A DNA stretch of 64,000 bases from Limnohabitans sp. (GTDB lineage Bacteria; Pseudomonadota; Gammaproteobacteria; Burkholderiales; Burkholderiaceae_C). Below are positions 30,353 to 38,995 of the stretch, in pieces (position 1 is the stretch's first letter; every line of letters begins with the position of its first letter). The notes below the pieces were generated by a model. The model ran no database searches. It was given only the letters and a program-made list of their open reading frames with translations, and was not told the origin of the DNA. The translations under genes were made by a program, and so were the position numbers. The DNA lies in the NCBI GenBank assembly GCA_009693505.1, contig SHXD01000010.1, forward strand, positions 670-64,669, in the 5' to 3' direction.

Positions 30353-31906
30353 ATGACGACCCTGATCAAACAAGAAGACCTGATTGAATCCGTGGCAGCC
30401 GCCCTGCAATACATCAGTTACTACCACCCTGCCGATTTCATCGCGCACTTGGCTACCGCCTACCACCGCGAGCAGAGCCCAGCCGCCAAAGATGCCATTG
30501 CTCAAATTTTGACCAACAGCAAGATGAGCGCCATGGGCCATCGCCCCATGTGCCAAGACACCGGCATCGTCAATGTGTTTTTGAAGGTTGGCATGGACGT
30601 TAGGTTTGATAACTTCACAGGCGGCCTGGAAGACGCCATCAATGAAGGCGTTCGCAGGGGTTACAACTACGCCGACAACATGTTGCGCGCCTCCATCGTC
30701 GACGATCCTGAATTTGCGCGCAAAAACACACAAGACAATTCGCCTGCCGTGATCTTCACTCAACTTGTTCCGGGCAACAAGCTAGACATCACTGTAGCGG
30801 CCAAAGGCGGTGGCAGTGAAAACAAATCCAAATTGGTCATGCTCAACCCCAGCGACAGCGTCGTCGACTGGGTTTTAAAAACAGTACCCACCATGGGTGC
30901 TGGTTGGTGCCCTCCCGGCATGTTGGGCATTGGCATTGGTGGTACTGCCGAAAAAGCCGTGCTCATGGCCAAAGAAAGTTTGATGGACGACCTGGACATG
31001 TACCAGTTGCTCGAGAAATCAAGCAAGGGCGAGAAGCTCACGCTAGTTGAAAACATGCGTTTGGAAATTTACCATAAGGTCAACGCCCTGGGCATTGGCG
31101 CTCAAGGTTTGGGTGGCCTTACCACGGTGCTCGACATCAAAATCAAGATGTACCCCACGCACGCCGCTAGCAAACCTGTGGCCATGATCCCTAACTGCGC
31201 TGCCACCCGACATGCGCACTTTGTGATGGACGGCTCTGGCCCCGTTTACTTGGACGTGCCTTCCCTCGATTTGTGGCCCGATGTCAACTGGACGCCTGAT
31301 ACAGAAAAAAGCAAGCGTGTTGATTTAAATGCCCTGACCCCCGCAGAGGTGGCCAGCTGGAAACCTGGTCAAACTTTGCTGCTCAACGGCAAAATGTTGA
31401 CGGGGCGCGATGCCGCTCACAAACGCATTCAAGACATGTTGGCCAAGGGTGAAAAACTGCCCGTCGACTTCACCAACCGCGTCATTTACTACGTGGGCCC
31501 GGTCGACCCCATGAAGGGCGAAGCGGTGGGTCCTGCAGGTCCCACCACCTCCACTCGCATGGACAAATTCACCGAGATGATGTTGGCCCAAACTGGCCTG
31601 ATTTCCATGGTGGGCAAAGCCGAGCGTGGGCCCGAGGCCATCGCGGCCATCCAAAAACACAAATCGGCCTACCTCATGGCGGTGGGCGGTGCGGCTTACT
31701 TGGTGTCCAAAGCCATCAAGCACGCCCAAGTGGTGGGCTTTGCCGACTTGGGTATGGAAGCCATTTACGAATTTGATGTGGTGGACATGCCCGTCACGGT
31801 GGCGGTAGATTCTGGAGGTACCAGCGCCCACACCACTGGCCCTGCTGAATGGCAGAAACGCATTGCCACAGGAGAGTTCAAAGGCATCAAAGTTGGCGCC
31901 AATTGA
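30353..31906 (+). CDS. Class I (Fe-S dependent) fumarate hydratase
   Basis: 517 aa, with QDTGIVNVF and GGGSENKS motifs and a C-terminal beta-subunit-like domain. Confidence 0.92.
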   Translation: MTTLIKQEDLIESVAAALQYISYYHPADFIAHLATAYHREQSPAAKDAIAQILTNSKMSAMGHRPMCQDTGIVNVFLKVGMDVRFDNFTGGLEDAINEGVRRGYNYADNMLRASIVDDPEFARKNTQDNSPAVIFTQLVPGNKLDITVAAKGGGSENKSKLVMLNPSDSVVDWVLKTVPTMGAGWCPPGMLGIGIGGTAEKAVLMAKESLMDDLDMYQLLEKSSKGEKLTLVENMRLEIYHKVNALGIGAQGLGGLTTVLDIKIKMYPTHAASKPVAMIPNCAATRHAHFVMDGSGPVYLDVPSLDLWPDVNWTPDTEKSKRVDLNALTPAEVASWKPGQTLLLNGKMLTGRDAAHKRIQDMLAKGEKLPVDFTNRVIYYVGPVDPMKGEAVGPAGPTTSTRMDKFTEMMLAQTGLISMVGKAERGPEAIAAIQKHKSAYLMAVGGAAYLVSKAIKHAQVVGFADLGMEAIYEFDVVDMPVTVAVDSGGTSAHTTGPAEWQKRIATGEFKGIKVGAN

Positions 31907-32801
31907 GCCTGCCACTCAAAGTGTGGACGGCCTAAAAGGGGCTATCGGCGTTTTTGACAGCGGCATTGGCGGCCTGAGTGTTTTGAAAGCCTTGCGTGCC
32001 GAAATGCCGCAAGAGCGCTTCATTTACTGGGCCGACAGTGGTTATGCGCCCTATGGCGAGCGCAGCGACGACTTTGTCATTGCACGAAGCCACGACATCA
32101 CTGAACAGCTTTTGGCCAAAGGTCCCATGAAGGCCGTTGTTGTGGCATGCAATACCGCCACGGCTGTGGCCATTGAGAGTTTGCGCACCCATTACCCGCA
32201 CCTGCCTTTCATAGGCGTTGAACCCGCACTCAAACCCGCGCTTGCACGAACGCAAACTGGGTTCGTGGGCGTGATGGGCACACAAGGCACCTTAAACAGC
32301 ACGCGTTTCGACAACTTACTCAAGACAGTTCAGGCAGATGCTTTGCCTAAGAAAGGCCATTTTGTTTTACAAGCCTGCAAAGGCTTGGCGCTGGCCATTG
32401 AAAAGCAAACTGAAAAGTCTTTAAACGACACCACAGAGGTAGCGCAGTTGTGTGCAAAGTATGTTCAGAGCATGGGCTTTTTCGGGCATGCAACTGCTCA
32501 AATAGACACCTTGGTTTTAGGCTGTACGCACTACATTTTTGTGCAAGAAATTTTGCAAAAACTGGTTGGTCCTGACGTGCAGCTTATTTCAACAGGCGAA
32601 GCGGTTGCGAAACAAACCAAACGCTTAATCACACCAGCCACTGAAATGCCTCTCGCCACTTCTCAATCAAGCGAATCTGAAAAGATTGAGCTATGGACCA
32701 CGGGTGCCTTAAGCTCACTTCAATCTGCTGCCCTTCGGTGGTTAGACCTGCCGCCTGAGTACTGCCATCAAGCCGCAGCCCAAAGCCTCTCGCCACCCTG
32801 A
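31863..32801 (+). CDS. murI: Glutamate racemase
   Basis: The motifs GVFDSGIGGLSV, ACNTA and GCTHY are present. The track start overlaps fumarase by 44 nt, and a GTG at 31923 is an alternative start. Confidence 0.9.
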   Translation: MPQESSKASKLAPIEPATQSVDGLKGAIGVFDSGIGGLSVLKALRAEMPQERFIYWADSGYAPYGERSDDFVIARSHDITEQLLAKGPMKAVVVACNTATAVAIESLRTHYPHLPFIGVEPALKPALARTQTGFVGVMGTQGTLNSTRFDNLLKTVQADALPKKGHFVLQACKGLALAIEKQTEKSLNDTTEVAQLCAKYVQSMGFFGHATAQIDTLVLGCTHYIFVQEILQKLVGPDVQLISTGEAVAKQTKRLITPATEMPLATSQSSESEKIELWTTGALSSLQSAALRWLDLPPEYCHQAAAQSLSPP

Positions 32802-33283
32802 TCTAGGTGCGTGAGATACACCCGCAGCTCAAACTCCCACTGCGCATAATCTGGTGCCATGTGATGGCACAGTTTGTAAAAAGCTTTGTCGTGTTCGCGC
32901 ACTTTGAGATGCGCCAATTCATGCACAGCAATCATTTGCAAAAATGCAATGGGCGTTTCTTTGAACAAGGCTGCCACTTTGATGTCGCGCTTTGATTTCA
33001 ATTTGCTGCCTTGAATGCGTGAGGTGGTGGTGTGCAAACCCAAAGCATGTTGAATGATTTGCAGTTTGCTGTCATAACTGACCTTGTTAATGGGATCGGC
33101 CTGCCTCAAAAATTCGTTTTTGAGTTCTATGACGTAGGTGTAAAGCGCGCCATCTGTGCGAATGGTGTGCGGCTCTGAATGTCTGGACTTTAACCACTCA
33201 CCCAAGCCAGGACCATCGATGATTTTCTGCACTTGCAACTGCAGCTTGTCTGGGTAGGCTTGCAGGTAGCGAAATGCAGACAT
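32768..33283 (-). CDS. YgjP-like (DUF45/M48-type) zinc metallohydrolase
   Basis: An HELAHLKVREHD (HExxH) motif is present. The start is taken at MSAFRYL (33283), which avoids overlapping the upstream MFS gene. Confidence 0.75.
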   Translation of the reverse strand: MSAFRYLQAYPDKLQLQVQKIIDGPGLGEWLKSRHSEPHTIRTDGALYTYVIELKNEFLRQADPINKVSYDSKLQIIQHALGLHTTTSRIQGSKLKSKRDIKVAALFKETPIAFLQMIAVHELAHLKVREHDKAFYKLCHHMAPDYAQWEFELRVYLTHLDQGGERLWAAA

Positions 33284-33294
33284 TAGACGGGCGT

Positions 33295-34593
33295 TTAGGC
33301 TTGCGCTTGGGCCTTGCTTTGACCGCGCTGCACATTGATGGGCCACAACAAAGCCAAACCAACAAGGAACAAAACAGCGGTAGCACCAATGGCCAAGCGC
33401 TGATTGCCGGACGTGAACCAAGTGATCAATCCATAACCCAATGGGCCCACAATGCTGGCCAGTCGAATGGCAAATGTCCACAAGCCAAAAAACTCAGCCA
33501 AACGATGGCTTGGAATGAACAAGCCGGCCATGGCCCTGCCAGTGGATTGGCTGGAACCCATGCAAACACCCGCCAAGGCAGCCGCCCACCAAAAAACTTC
33601 TTTGCTGGTGGTCAGCGCTGCCAACACACAGGTGATACTCCACCCCACCAAAGTGATCGCCAGCGCCAATTTGTGACCGATGCGATCTTGCACATACCCA
33701 AACACCAAAGCGCCAACCAAGGCCGCAATGTTCAACACAAAGATAAGGGCCATGGTTTCTTGCGGCTGAAATCCAATGACCTGTTCGGCGTAAATGGCAG
33801 CCAAGGTAATGGCCACAGCCACACCGCCTTGATAGGCCACTGCACACGCCATGAGTTGCATGAAATCTTTGTAGGCTTTGGCTTCTTGAAAGGTTTGACG
33901 CAACTGTTGCCACTGACTTTTTGAACGCTCTCGCGCAGCTTGCGGTTTGGCGTGTTCCTTGATGAGTGCAAAGGTAACGCATGCGGCCAGCGCATAAATA
34001 AGGGCTGTGATAATCATGGTGACCGGGACAAACTGTCCTGCATTCTGTCCCTGGCCTTGTGCCCAGAGCACATAGCTCAAGCAAATGCCCAAAGTCAGCA
34101 TGCCGCCCAAATAACCCCATGCCCATCCCCATGCACTGACTCGTCCCATGGCCTCGGGTGTGGCCAGTTCAGGCAAAAACGCCGCTGTTAAGGATTCGCC
34201 ATAAGAGAAAAAAGTGTTGGAGATCACAATGCAAACAACCGCTAAAGCCACCTGACCCGGCCCCACCCAAGCCAAGGCTGCAGTACTGACCACGCAGGCG
34301 GCTGTAAAAGCCATGAGCATTTTTTTCTTAGCGGCGTGTCGATCGGCCCACTCTCCCAAGGCTGGCATGGTGAGCATGACAATGGCATAGGACACACTGA
34401 GCGCACTGGTCCAAGCCAAAGTGGCCCACTCTGCTTGGTCGGCCACGCCGCCCACAAAGTACGCCGCAAAGACCGCCGTGATGACCACCGTGGTATAGCC
34501 AGAATTGGCGAAGTCATACATAGCCCAGCCAAAGACTTCTCTGCGCTTTACACCTGGATTGAGCATAGCAAGTGGGCCAAGGCCTGATGGCAT
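33295..34593 (-). CDS. MFS transporter, UMF1/Atg22-like family
   Basis: The N-terminus REVFGWAMYDFANSGYTTVVITAVFAAYF is characteristic of the UMF1 family; 432 aa. Confidence 0.8.
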   Translation of the reverse strand: MPSGLGPLAMLNPGVKRREVFGWAMYDFANSGYTTVVITAVFAAYFVGGVADQAEWATLAWTSALSVSYAIVMLTMPALGEWADRHAAKKKMLMAFTAACVVSTAALAWVGPGQVALAVVCIVISNTFFSYGESLTAAFLPELATPEAMGRVSAWGWAWGYLGGMLTLGICLSYVLWAQGQGQNAGQFVPVTMIITALIYALAACVTFALIKEHAKPQAARERSKSQWQQLRQTFQEAKAYKDFMQLMACAVAYQGGVAVAITLAAIYAEQVIGFQPQETMALIFVLNIAALVGALVFGYVQDRIGHKLALAITLVGWSITCVLAALTTSKEVFWWAAALAGVCMGSSQSTGRAMAGLFIPSHRLAEFFGLWTFAIRLASIVGPLGYGLITWFTSGNQRLAIGATAVLFLVGLALLWPINVQRGQSKAQAQA

Positions 34594-34611
34594 TTAAATT
34601 TGAATTTGAAC

Positions 34612-35247
34612 TCAGTGCAAATGGCGTGGCCGACGGCCCCCGCCATGACCACCACCTTGTGATCCGCCACCACCACTGCCCCTAGGCGGCTTGCCCAATT
34701 CGAGGGAGCTGACCAAATCGCTAAAGCGCTCAGAGAACAGCTTGTCAATTTCTTGGACCACACCACTGAGTTCTGAGCCATCAAAATGGCGCTCCATGAG
34801 GCCTATTACATCTTGAACCAGCAAATCTCGTTGAGCCTGCATGATGGAAGCAGGATCGGGGCCCACAAAGAGAATGAGGAAATCATCGCGTGACTCAGCG
34901 CCGCGCGATTCATCTTCATCTTCAAACTCAGTGTCGTAAAACGTGATTTCTAGCTGTGCGCCCGCTGCCGAAATTTCGTTGATGTTCATGCAGAGATCGT
35001 CTAGCACTTGGCGAAAATCCTCGTCGCCGCGGACGGTCCAGCACAGTTGGAGTTTGTGATCGGCTGCTTCAAAGCGAATACCAGGCTCTTCTTCGTAAAG
35101 GCTTTGAGCACCTTCGGTGAGAGATTTAGCGCCTGCGTATTTCCAAAGGGGCTTGGCGGCTTCTTGAAGTGCCTTGAAGTCCACGTCATCACGCAACAGG
35201 ATTTCACCATGAACATGAATTTCAAAGGGTGCGCTTAAGGATGTCAT
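34612..35247 (-). CDS. Hypothetical acidic protein with a basic Gly-rich (RGG-like) C-terminal tail
   Basis: A 211-aa ORF with coding-like composition and no family I can name. The C-terminus is GKPPRGSGGGGSQGGGHGGGRRPRHLH. Confidence 0.6.
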   Translation of the reverse strand: MTSLSAPFEIHVHGEILLRDDVDFKALQEAAKPLWKYAGAKSLTEGAQSLYEEEPGIRFEAADHKLQLCWTVRGDEDFRQVLDDLCMNINEISAAGAQLEITFYDTEFEDEDESRGAESRDDFLILFVGPDPASIMQAQRDLLVQDVIGLMERHFDGSELSGVVQEIDKLFSERFSDLVSSLELGKPPRGSGGGGSQGGGHGGGRRPRHLH

Positions 35248-35265
35248 GGCGGTCTACTTAGTCGA

Positions 35266-35358
35266 TGGTGCCCCGGGCCGGAATCGAACCGGCACGCCCG
35301 CTATGAACGAAGCGGCGGATTTTAAGTCCGATGTGTCTACCAATTTCACCACCGGGGC
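35266..35358 (-). tRNA. tRNA-Leu (anticodon TAA), class II with a long variable arm, CCA encoded
   Basis: The reverse complement GCCCCGGTGGTGAAATTGGTAGACAC...CTTAAAA...GCCGGTTCGATTCCGGCCCGGGGCACCA has acceptor GCCCCGG/CCGGGGC. The total length is 93 nt. Confidence 0.9.
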
Positions 35359-35390
35359 TAAAGCTGTATTGTGCCTTCAAGTTGAGCTTT

Positions 35391-35428
35391 TTTGAAAATA
35401 AAAAGCCCTCATCAGAGGGCTTTTATTG
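35391..35428 (-). terminator. Rho-independent terminator (usable on both strands)
   Basis: GCCCTC-ATCA-GAGGGC is flanked by an A-rich run upstream and TTTTATT downstream. On the minus strand it follows the 56-aa ORF. Confidence 0.65.
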
Positions 35429-35468
35429 ATCCCAAAGTGAAAACTATGGACGCAATGATTTCAAGGCA

Positions 35469-35639
35469 TTAACCGCCTTTTTTGGCGCGTTTGCCAGGGT
35501 TCTTTTTGCTGCGAGTGCCTACGCCGCGCTCTAAACTGACGCGTTGGCCGCGGCCGGTTGTGGGTAAAGTGACGCCTGGCAATGCCTTCAAGGGCGGTGT
35601 GTATTTGCGATCAGCTTCGGTAACAATCTTATTGCCCAT
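35469..35639 (-). CDS. Small basic protein, 56 aa (below the ORF-track cutoff)
   Basis: Hand translation gives MGNKIVTEADRKYTPPLKALPGVTLPTTGRGQRVSLERGVGTRSKKNPGKRAKKGG. A GGAG lies 6 nt upstream of the ATG, and the terminator follows at about 35405..35420. Confidence 0.4.
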   Translation of the reverse strand: MGNKIVTEADRKYTPPLKALPGVTLPTTGRGQRVSLERGVGTRSKKNPGKRAKKGG

Positions 35640-35719
35640 CAGTGGCTCCAGGAAAAAAGTTCAAGGCGATATTAGGCCACAGATTCGGATCAACTCCGGT
35701 CTGTGAGCCAAAATTTGAT

Positions 35720-36001
35720 TCAAAGAGACATGAGGGGGCTGAAACATTTGAGATAAAAAGCCGCCATGGCAACAGGCGGGCTCAAAAATGCAGTTTGCAA
35801 ATTCAAGGCAACCAGGAGTCCAAAAAACAAGGGGTTGATGACAAAGTGTGGCAGCAATGGAATAAAGATAGGCATGAAAATCACAATGATTTCAGTCCAC
35901 TTTAAAGGCCAACCGAGCAAGAAAATAACCACTTGCGCCATTAAATTAGAAATTGCCAGCTTTTGAAAAGCAGGCAGCAACGCGGCCTGAGATTCACTCA
36001 T
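35720..36001 (-). pseudogene. Remnant of a TRAP transporter large permease (DctM-type), internal fragment only
   Basis: The 93-aa ORF contains ...IIVIFMPIFIPLL...NPLFFGLLVALNLQTAFLSPPVAMAAFYLK, the conserved C-proximal DctM region. The roughly 350 N-terminal residues and the last helices are missing. Confidence 0.55.
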
Positions 36002-36678
36002 GACCCCAAAGCTGTCTTGGCTTTGTCAGGCGAGCCTTCCAAACCAGCCAAAAGGGCTTTGTTGTCGCCGCCAATGATCATTTCAAACTTGTTGTCTACG
36101 TAGGTGTAGTCGTAGTAGCCCATGCGGGCCAATGGTTTCATTTTGAGCACATCGAGCATGCCCTTGCCATCGATCATTTCATCGTCAATGTGAATGGCGA
36201 CGACCTTGCCGAACACCACATCGGCGGTGCCAAATGGCGGCTCACCCGGAAACCGCAAGGTATTCAAATACACGCATTCAAACTGAATGGGCGACCCTGC
36301 CACTCGCATAGGCTTAACCCTGCGGGATGGCAGTTTTTGCAGCTTTGCATGCTCAAACTCGTCAACGCCATGCGGCAACTCTTCAGCCGTGAGGTTCACG
36401 GCATGTCTTAAGTCGTAAGTGGCCATGTTCCAAACAAACTCACCTGTATCTTCAGCGTTGCGAACAGAGTCTTTGCGAATGCCCTGTGTGGTTTGGTTGG
36501 CCGAGAACATCACAATCGGTGGATTGAAGGTGATATTTTGAAACTGGCTGTAAGGGGCCAAATTGTGTCTGCCTTCGCGGTTCACCGTGGAAATCCATCC
36601 AATGGGCCTAGGAATCACACAAGACTTGAAGGGGTCATAGGGTAAGCCATGAGGAGTAACGCCAGGTTCGTAATACAT
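35998..36678 (-). CDS. Flavin reductase-like (FMN-binding split-barrel) protein
   Basis: 226 aa, with the RPIGWISTVNREGRHNLAPYSQFQ motif typical of flavin-reductase-domain proteins. Confidence 0.8.
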   Translation of the reverse strand: MYYEPGVTPHGLPYDPFKSCVIPRPIGWISTVNREGRHNLAPYSQFQNITFNPPIVMFSANQTTQGIRKDSVRNAEDTGEFVWNMATYDLRHAVNLTAEELPHGVDEFEHAKLQKLPSRRVKPMRVAGSPIQFECVYLNTLRFPGEPPFGTADVVFGKVVAIHIDDEMIDGKGMLDVLKMKPLARMGYYDYTYVDNKFEMIIGGDNKALLAGLEGSPDKAKTALGS

Positions 36679-36770
36679 TTTGGAATGACCAAGTAATTAA
36701 TTGAACACTGCAACACATCGCAGTCTGCTATCTTCAGGCTCTGATTTTGCCTTCTTATTTACAAGCCGTC

Positions 36771-37238
36771 ATGAGTCTTCAATCCGTCAAAGCATTCTTT
36801 CAACAACTTGAGCTGAATTTACCCATCATTGAACTCGATGTGAGTACGGCCACAGTAGCATTGGCCGCAGAAGCGCATGGTGTAGAGCCCGGCCAAATTG
36901 CAAAAACACTCGCCTTCAGACTGAACGACGATCGGGTGCTATTGGTGGTTGCCAAAGGCGATGCACGCATCGATTACAAGAAATTCAAAGACGCATTTGG
37001 CAAGGGTAAGATGCTAGGCTTGGATGAGGTGGTCGAAATGACAGGCCATCCGGTTGGCGGCGTGTGTCCCTTTGGCTTGGCGCAAGCCCTTCCCGTTTAT
37101 TTAGATGTATCTCTTCAAATCTATGTGGAGGTCATTCCAGCCGCAGGCTCTGTCAACAGCGCTGTTCGCATCAGTCCCGAACTTATGTTACAAATAACCC
37201 AAGGCCAATGGGTCGATGTGTGCCAATCTGTGGCGTAA
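36771..37238 (+). CDS. YbaK/EbsC-family aminoacyl-tRNA editing (deacylase) domain protein
   Basis: The sequence IAKTLAF...VVAKGDARID..KFK...GHPVGGVCPFGL matches the YbaK-type fold. The first ATG is at 36771. Confidence 0.75.
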   Translation: MSLQSVKAFFQQLELNLPIIELDVSTATVALAAEAHGVEPGQIAKTLAFRLNDDRVLLVVAKGDARIDYKKFKDAFGKGKMLGLDEVVEMTGHPVGGVCPFGLAQALPVYLDVSLQIYVEVIPAAGSVNSAVRISPELMLQITQGQWVDVCQSVA

Positions 37239-37245
37239 GATCACA

Positions 37246-37310
37246 ATTTCCATTTCCATTTCCATTTCCATTTCCATTTCCATTTCCATTTCCATTTCCA
37301 TTTCCATTTC
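37246..37310. repeat. Hexanucleotide microsatellite (TTTCCA)10 plus a partial unit
   Basis: Counted directly: ten perfect TTTCCA units at 37247..37306, then TTTCAA. The tract starts 8 nt after the ybaK-like stop and ends 18 nt before the next ATG. Confidence 0.98.
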
Positions 37311-37328
37311 AATTTTAAAGGATCAATC

Positions 37329-37910
37329 ATGGAAGCCCAAGACACCAGCGAGCTCATGGAGCAAAAAGCCCATGGCGACAAAAATCAAAATCGCTCTGCC
37401 CTCACCATTTCCATCTTGGCCATGGTCTTGGCCATTGCCAGCCTAGGCGGCTCCAATGCCATGAAAGAAGCCACCCAAGAAAACATCTTGGCAGCCAATG
37501 CCTACGCTTTCTACCAAGCCAAAAACATCCGTCAAACGTCTTTCAAACTGGCCGCTGCCGACCTAGAGTTGCAACTTGCCCGCGAGCCCAACATGAACCC
37601 CACCGCCAAGGCGATGTTTGAAAAGAAAATAGAAGATTACAAAAAAACAGCTGATCGCTACGAGTCCGAACCAGAAAACAAAGAAGGCAAAAAAGAATTG
37701 ATGGTCAGAGCCAAAGCGCATGAGGCTACACGTGATCACGCCATGCTTCAAGACCCTTGGTTTGATTACGCTGAAGGTGCTTTGCAAATTGCCATTGTTT
37801 TACTCTCAGTTTCAATCGTTGCCTCCATGCCCATTTTGTATTGGGCAGGCACGCTGTTAGGGGCGCTGGGATTTGTGAGCACGGTCAACGGCTACTTCTT
37901 GTTTTTCTAA
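37329..37910 (+). CDS. DUF4337-family membrane-associated protein
   Basis: The pattern NRSALTISILAMVLAIASLGG...ANAYAFYQAK..., a coiled middle region and a C-terminal TM segment are typical of DUF4337. An AAAGGA ribosome-binding site is present. Confidence 0.7.
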   Translation: MEAQDTSELMEQKAHGDKNQNRSALTISILAMVLAIASLGGSNAMKEATQENILAANAYAFYQAKNIRQTSFKLAAADLELQLAREPNMNPTAKAMFEKKIEDYKKTADRYESEPENKEGKKELMVRAKAHEATRDHAMLQDPWFDYAEGALQIAIVLLSVSIVASMPILYWAGTLLGALGFVSTVNGYFLFF

Positions 37911-37917
37911 CTGGGCC

Positions 37918-38979
37918 ATGACCAGCAAATCAAGCATGTCGCCAGCTCTTCAAGAAGCCATTCAGTTCATTGAAAAGTGCGAGACGCCATGGTCTCGCGA
38001 CAACTCGCCCCCTTGGGGCATTCACGAGGTAGACCCGCCGCCCTACAACCGCTTGTATGGCCCGGTTCATGGGCGAGGGCCAGTGTCGGGTATTATTTTT
38101 CACAAGCATTTGCAGCTGGCTGAGTGGGGTGAACCCCACAAAGCCGACCTCACCTTCAGCGTGGCCAAAACATATTTAGCCCTTCTGGCTGGCATCGCTT
38201 TTGATCAAGGGCTGCTGCCAGATGTTCACGAACCTGTGATTCAAAAGTGTCCGGGTATTGGCTTTGAGGGTGAACGTTTAAACAGAATCACTTGGCATTA
38301 TTTGCTACAACAAACCAGTGAGTGGGAAGGCACATGCCTTGGCATTCCCGAACAAGTCGACCGTTATCGCTGGTTGACCTACCAGCCCGGAAAAGCCGAC
38401 GGCATCAAGGGTGACGCCAGGCCCCTAGGCGAGCCAGGCTCAAGGTTTGAGTACAACGACGTTCGAATCAACCAACTCTCTTTGGCTTTGTTGCATTTGT
38501 TCAAGCGTCCTCTGCCTGAAGTATTTGAAGAGTTTTTCCGAAAGCCTTTAGGATGTACCGATGAGTTTCAATGGGTCGGCTATGAGCAAGGATGGACCGA
38601 TGTCAACGGGCAACGCATGATGTCGGTACCTGGGGGAAGCCATTGGGGTGGTGGCGTTTCTATCTCCGCCGTGGACCAAGCCCTCATCGGCATGATGCTC
38701 ATGGGCAATGGCAATTTCAATGGCAAACAAATTCTGTCTGCCAAATGGCTTGACATGATGCAACAGCCTTGCGACGTTGCGTCCTACTACGGCTACCTCA
38801 TTTGGCTGAACAAAGATGGCGTTTTGTTCAAAGACGCACCTTGCAGTTCATGGTTTGCCCTTGGTGCTGGCTCATCTATCACATGGGTAGACCCCCAACT
38901 CGAACTGGTTTGCGTTTTGCGTTGGATCGAAGCGGCCAAAACCAATGACTGCATTGCACGCATCATGCGGGCGTTATGA
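37918..38979 (+). CDS. Serine hydrolase with a beta-lactamase/transpeptidase-like fold
   Basis: An SxxK motif (FSVAKTY) is present; 353 aa. The gene starts 7 nt after the DUF4337 gene. Confidence 0.6.
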   Translation: MTSKSSMSPALQEAIQFIEKCETPWSRDNSPPWGIHEVDPPPYNRLYGPVHGRGPVSGIIFHKHLQLAEWGEPHKADLTFSVAKTYLALLAGIAFDQGLLPDVHEPVIQKCPGIGFEGERLNRITWHYLLQQTSEWEGTCLGIPEQVDRYRWLTYQPGKADGIKGDARPLGEPGSRFEYNDVRINQLSLALLHLFKRPLPEVFEEFFRKPLGCTDEFQWVGYEQGWTDVNGQRMMSVPGGSHWGGGVSISAVDQALIGMMLMGNGNFNGKQILSAKWLDMMQQPCDVASYYGYLIWLNKDGVLFKDAPCSSWFALGAGSSITWVDPQLELVCVLRWIEAAKTNDCIARIMRAL

Positions 38980-38995
38980 AGAAGAAGATTACTCT

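Noticed and set aside
37064-37446. Track ORFs 37064..37318 and 37216..37446, which translate the repeat as FPFPFPFP... or ISISISIS...
   Set aside because: They are translation artefacts of the (TTTCCA)n tract. The flanking real genes end at 37238 and start at 37329 (with a ribosome-binding site), and no coding-like sequence continues through the repeat.
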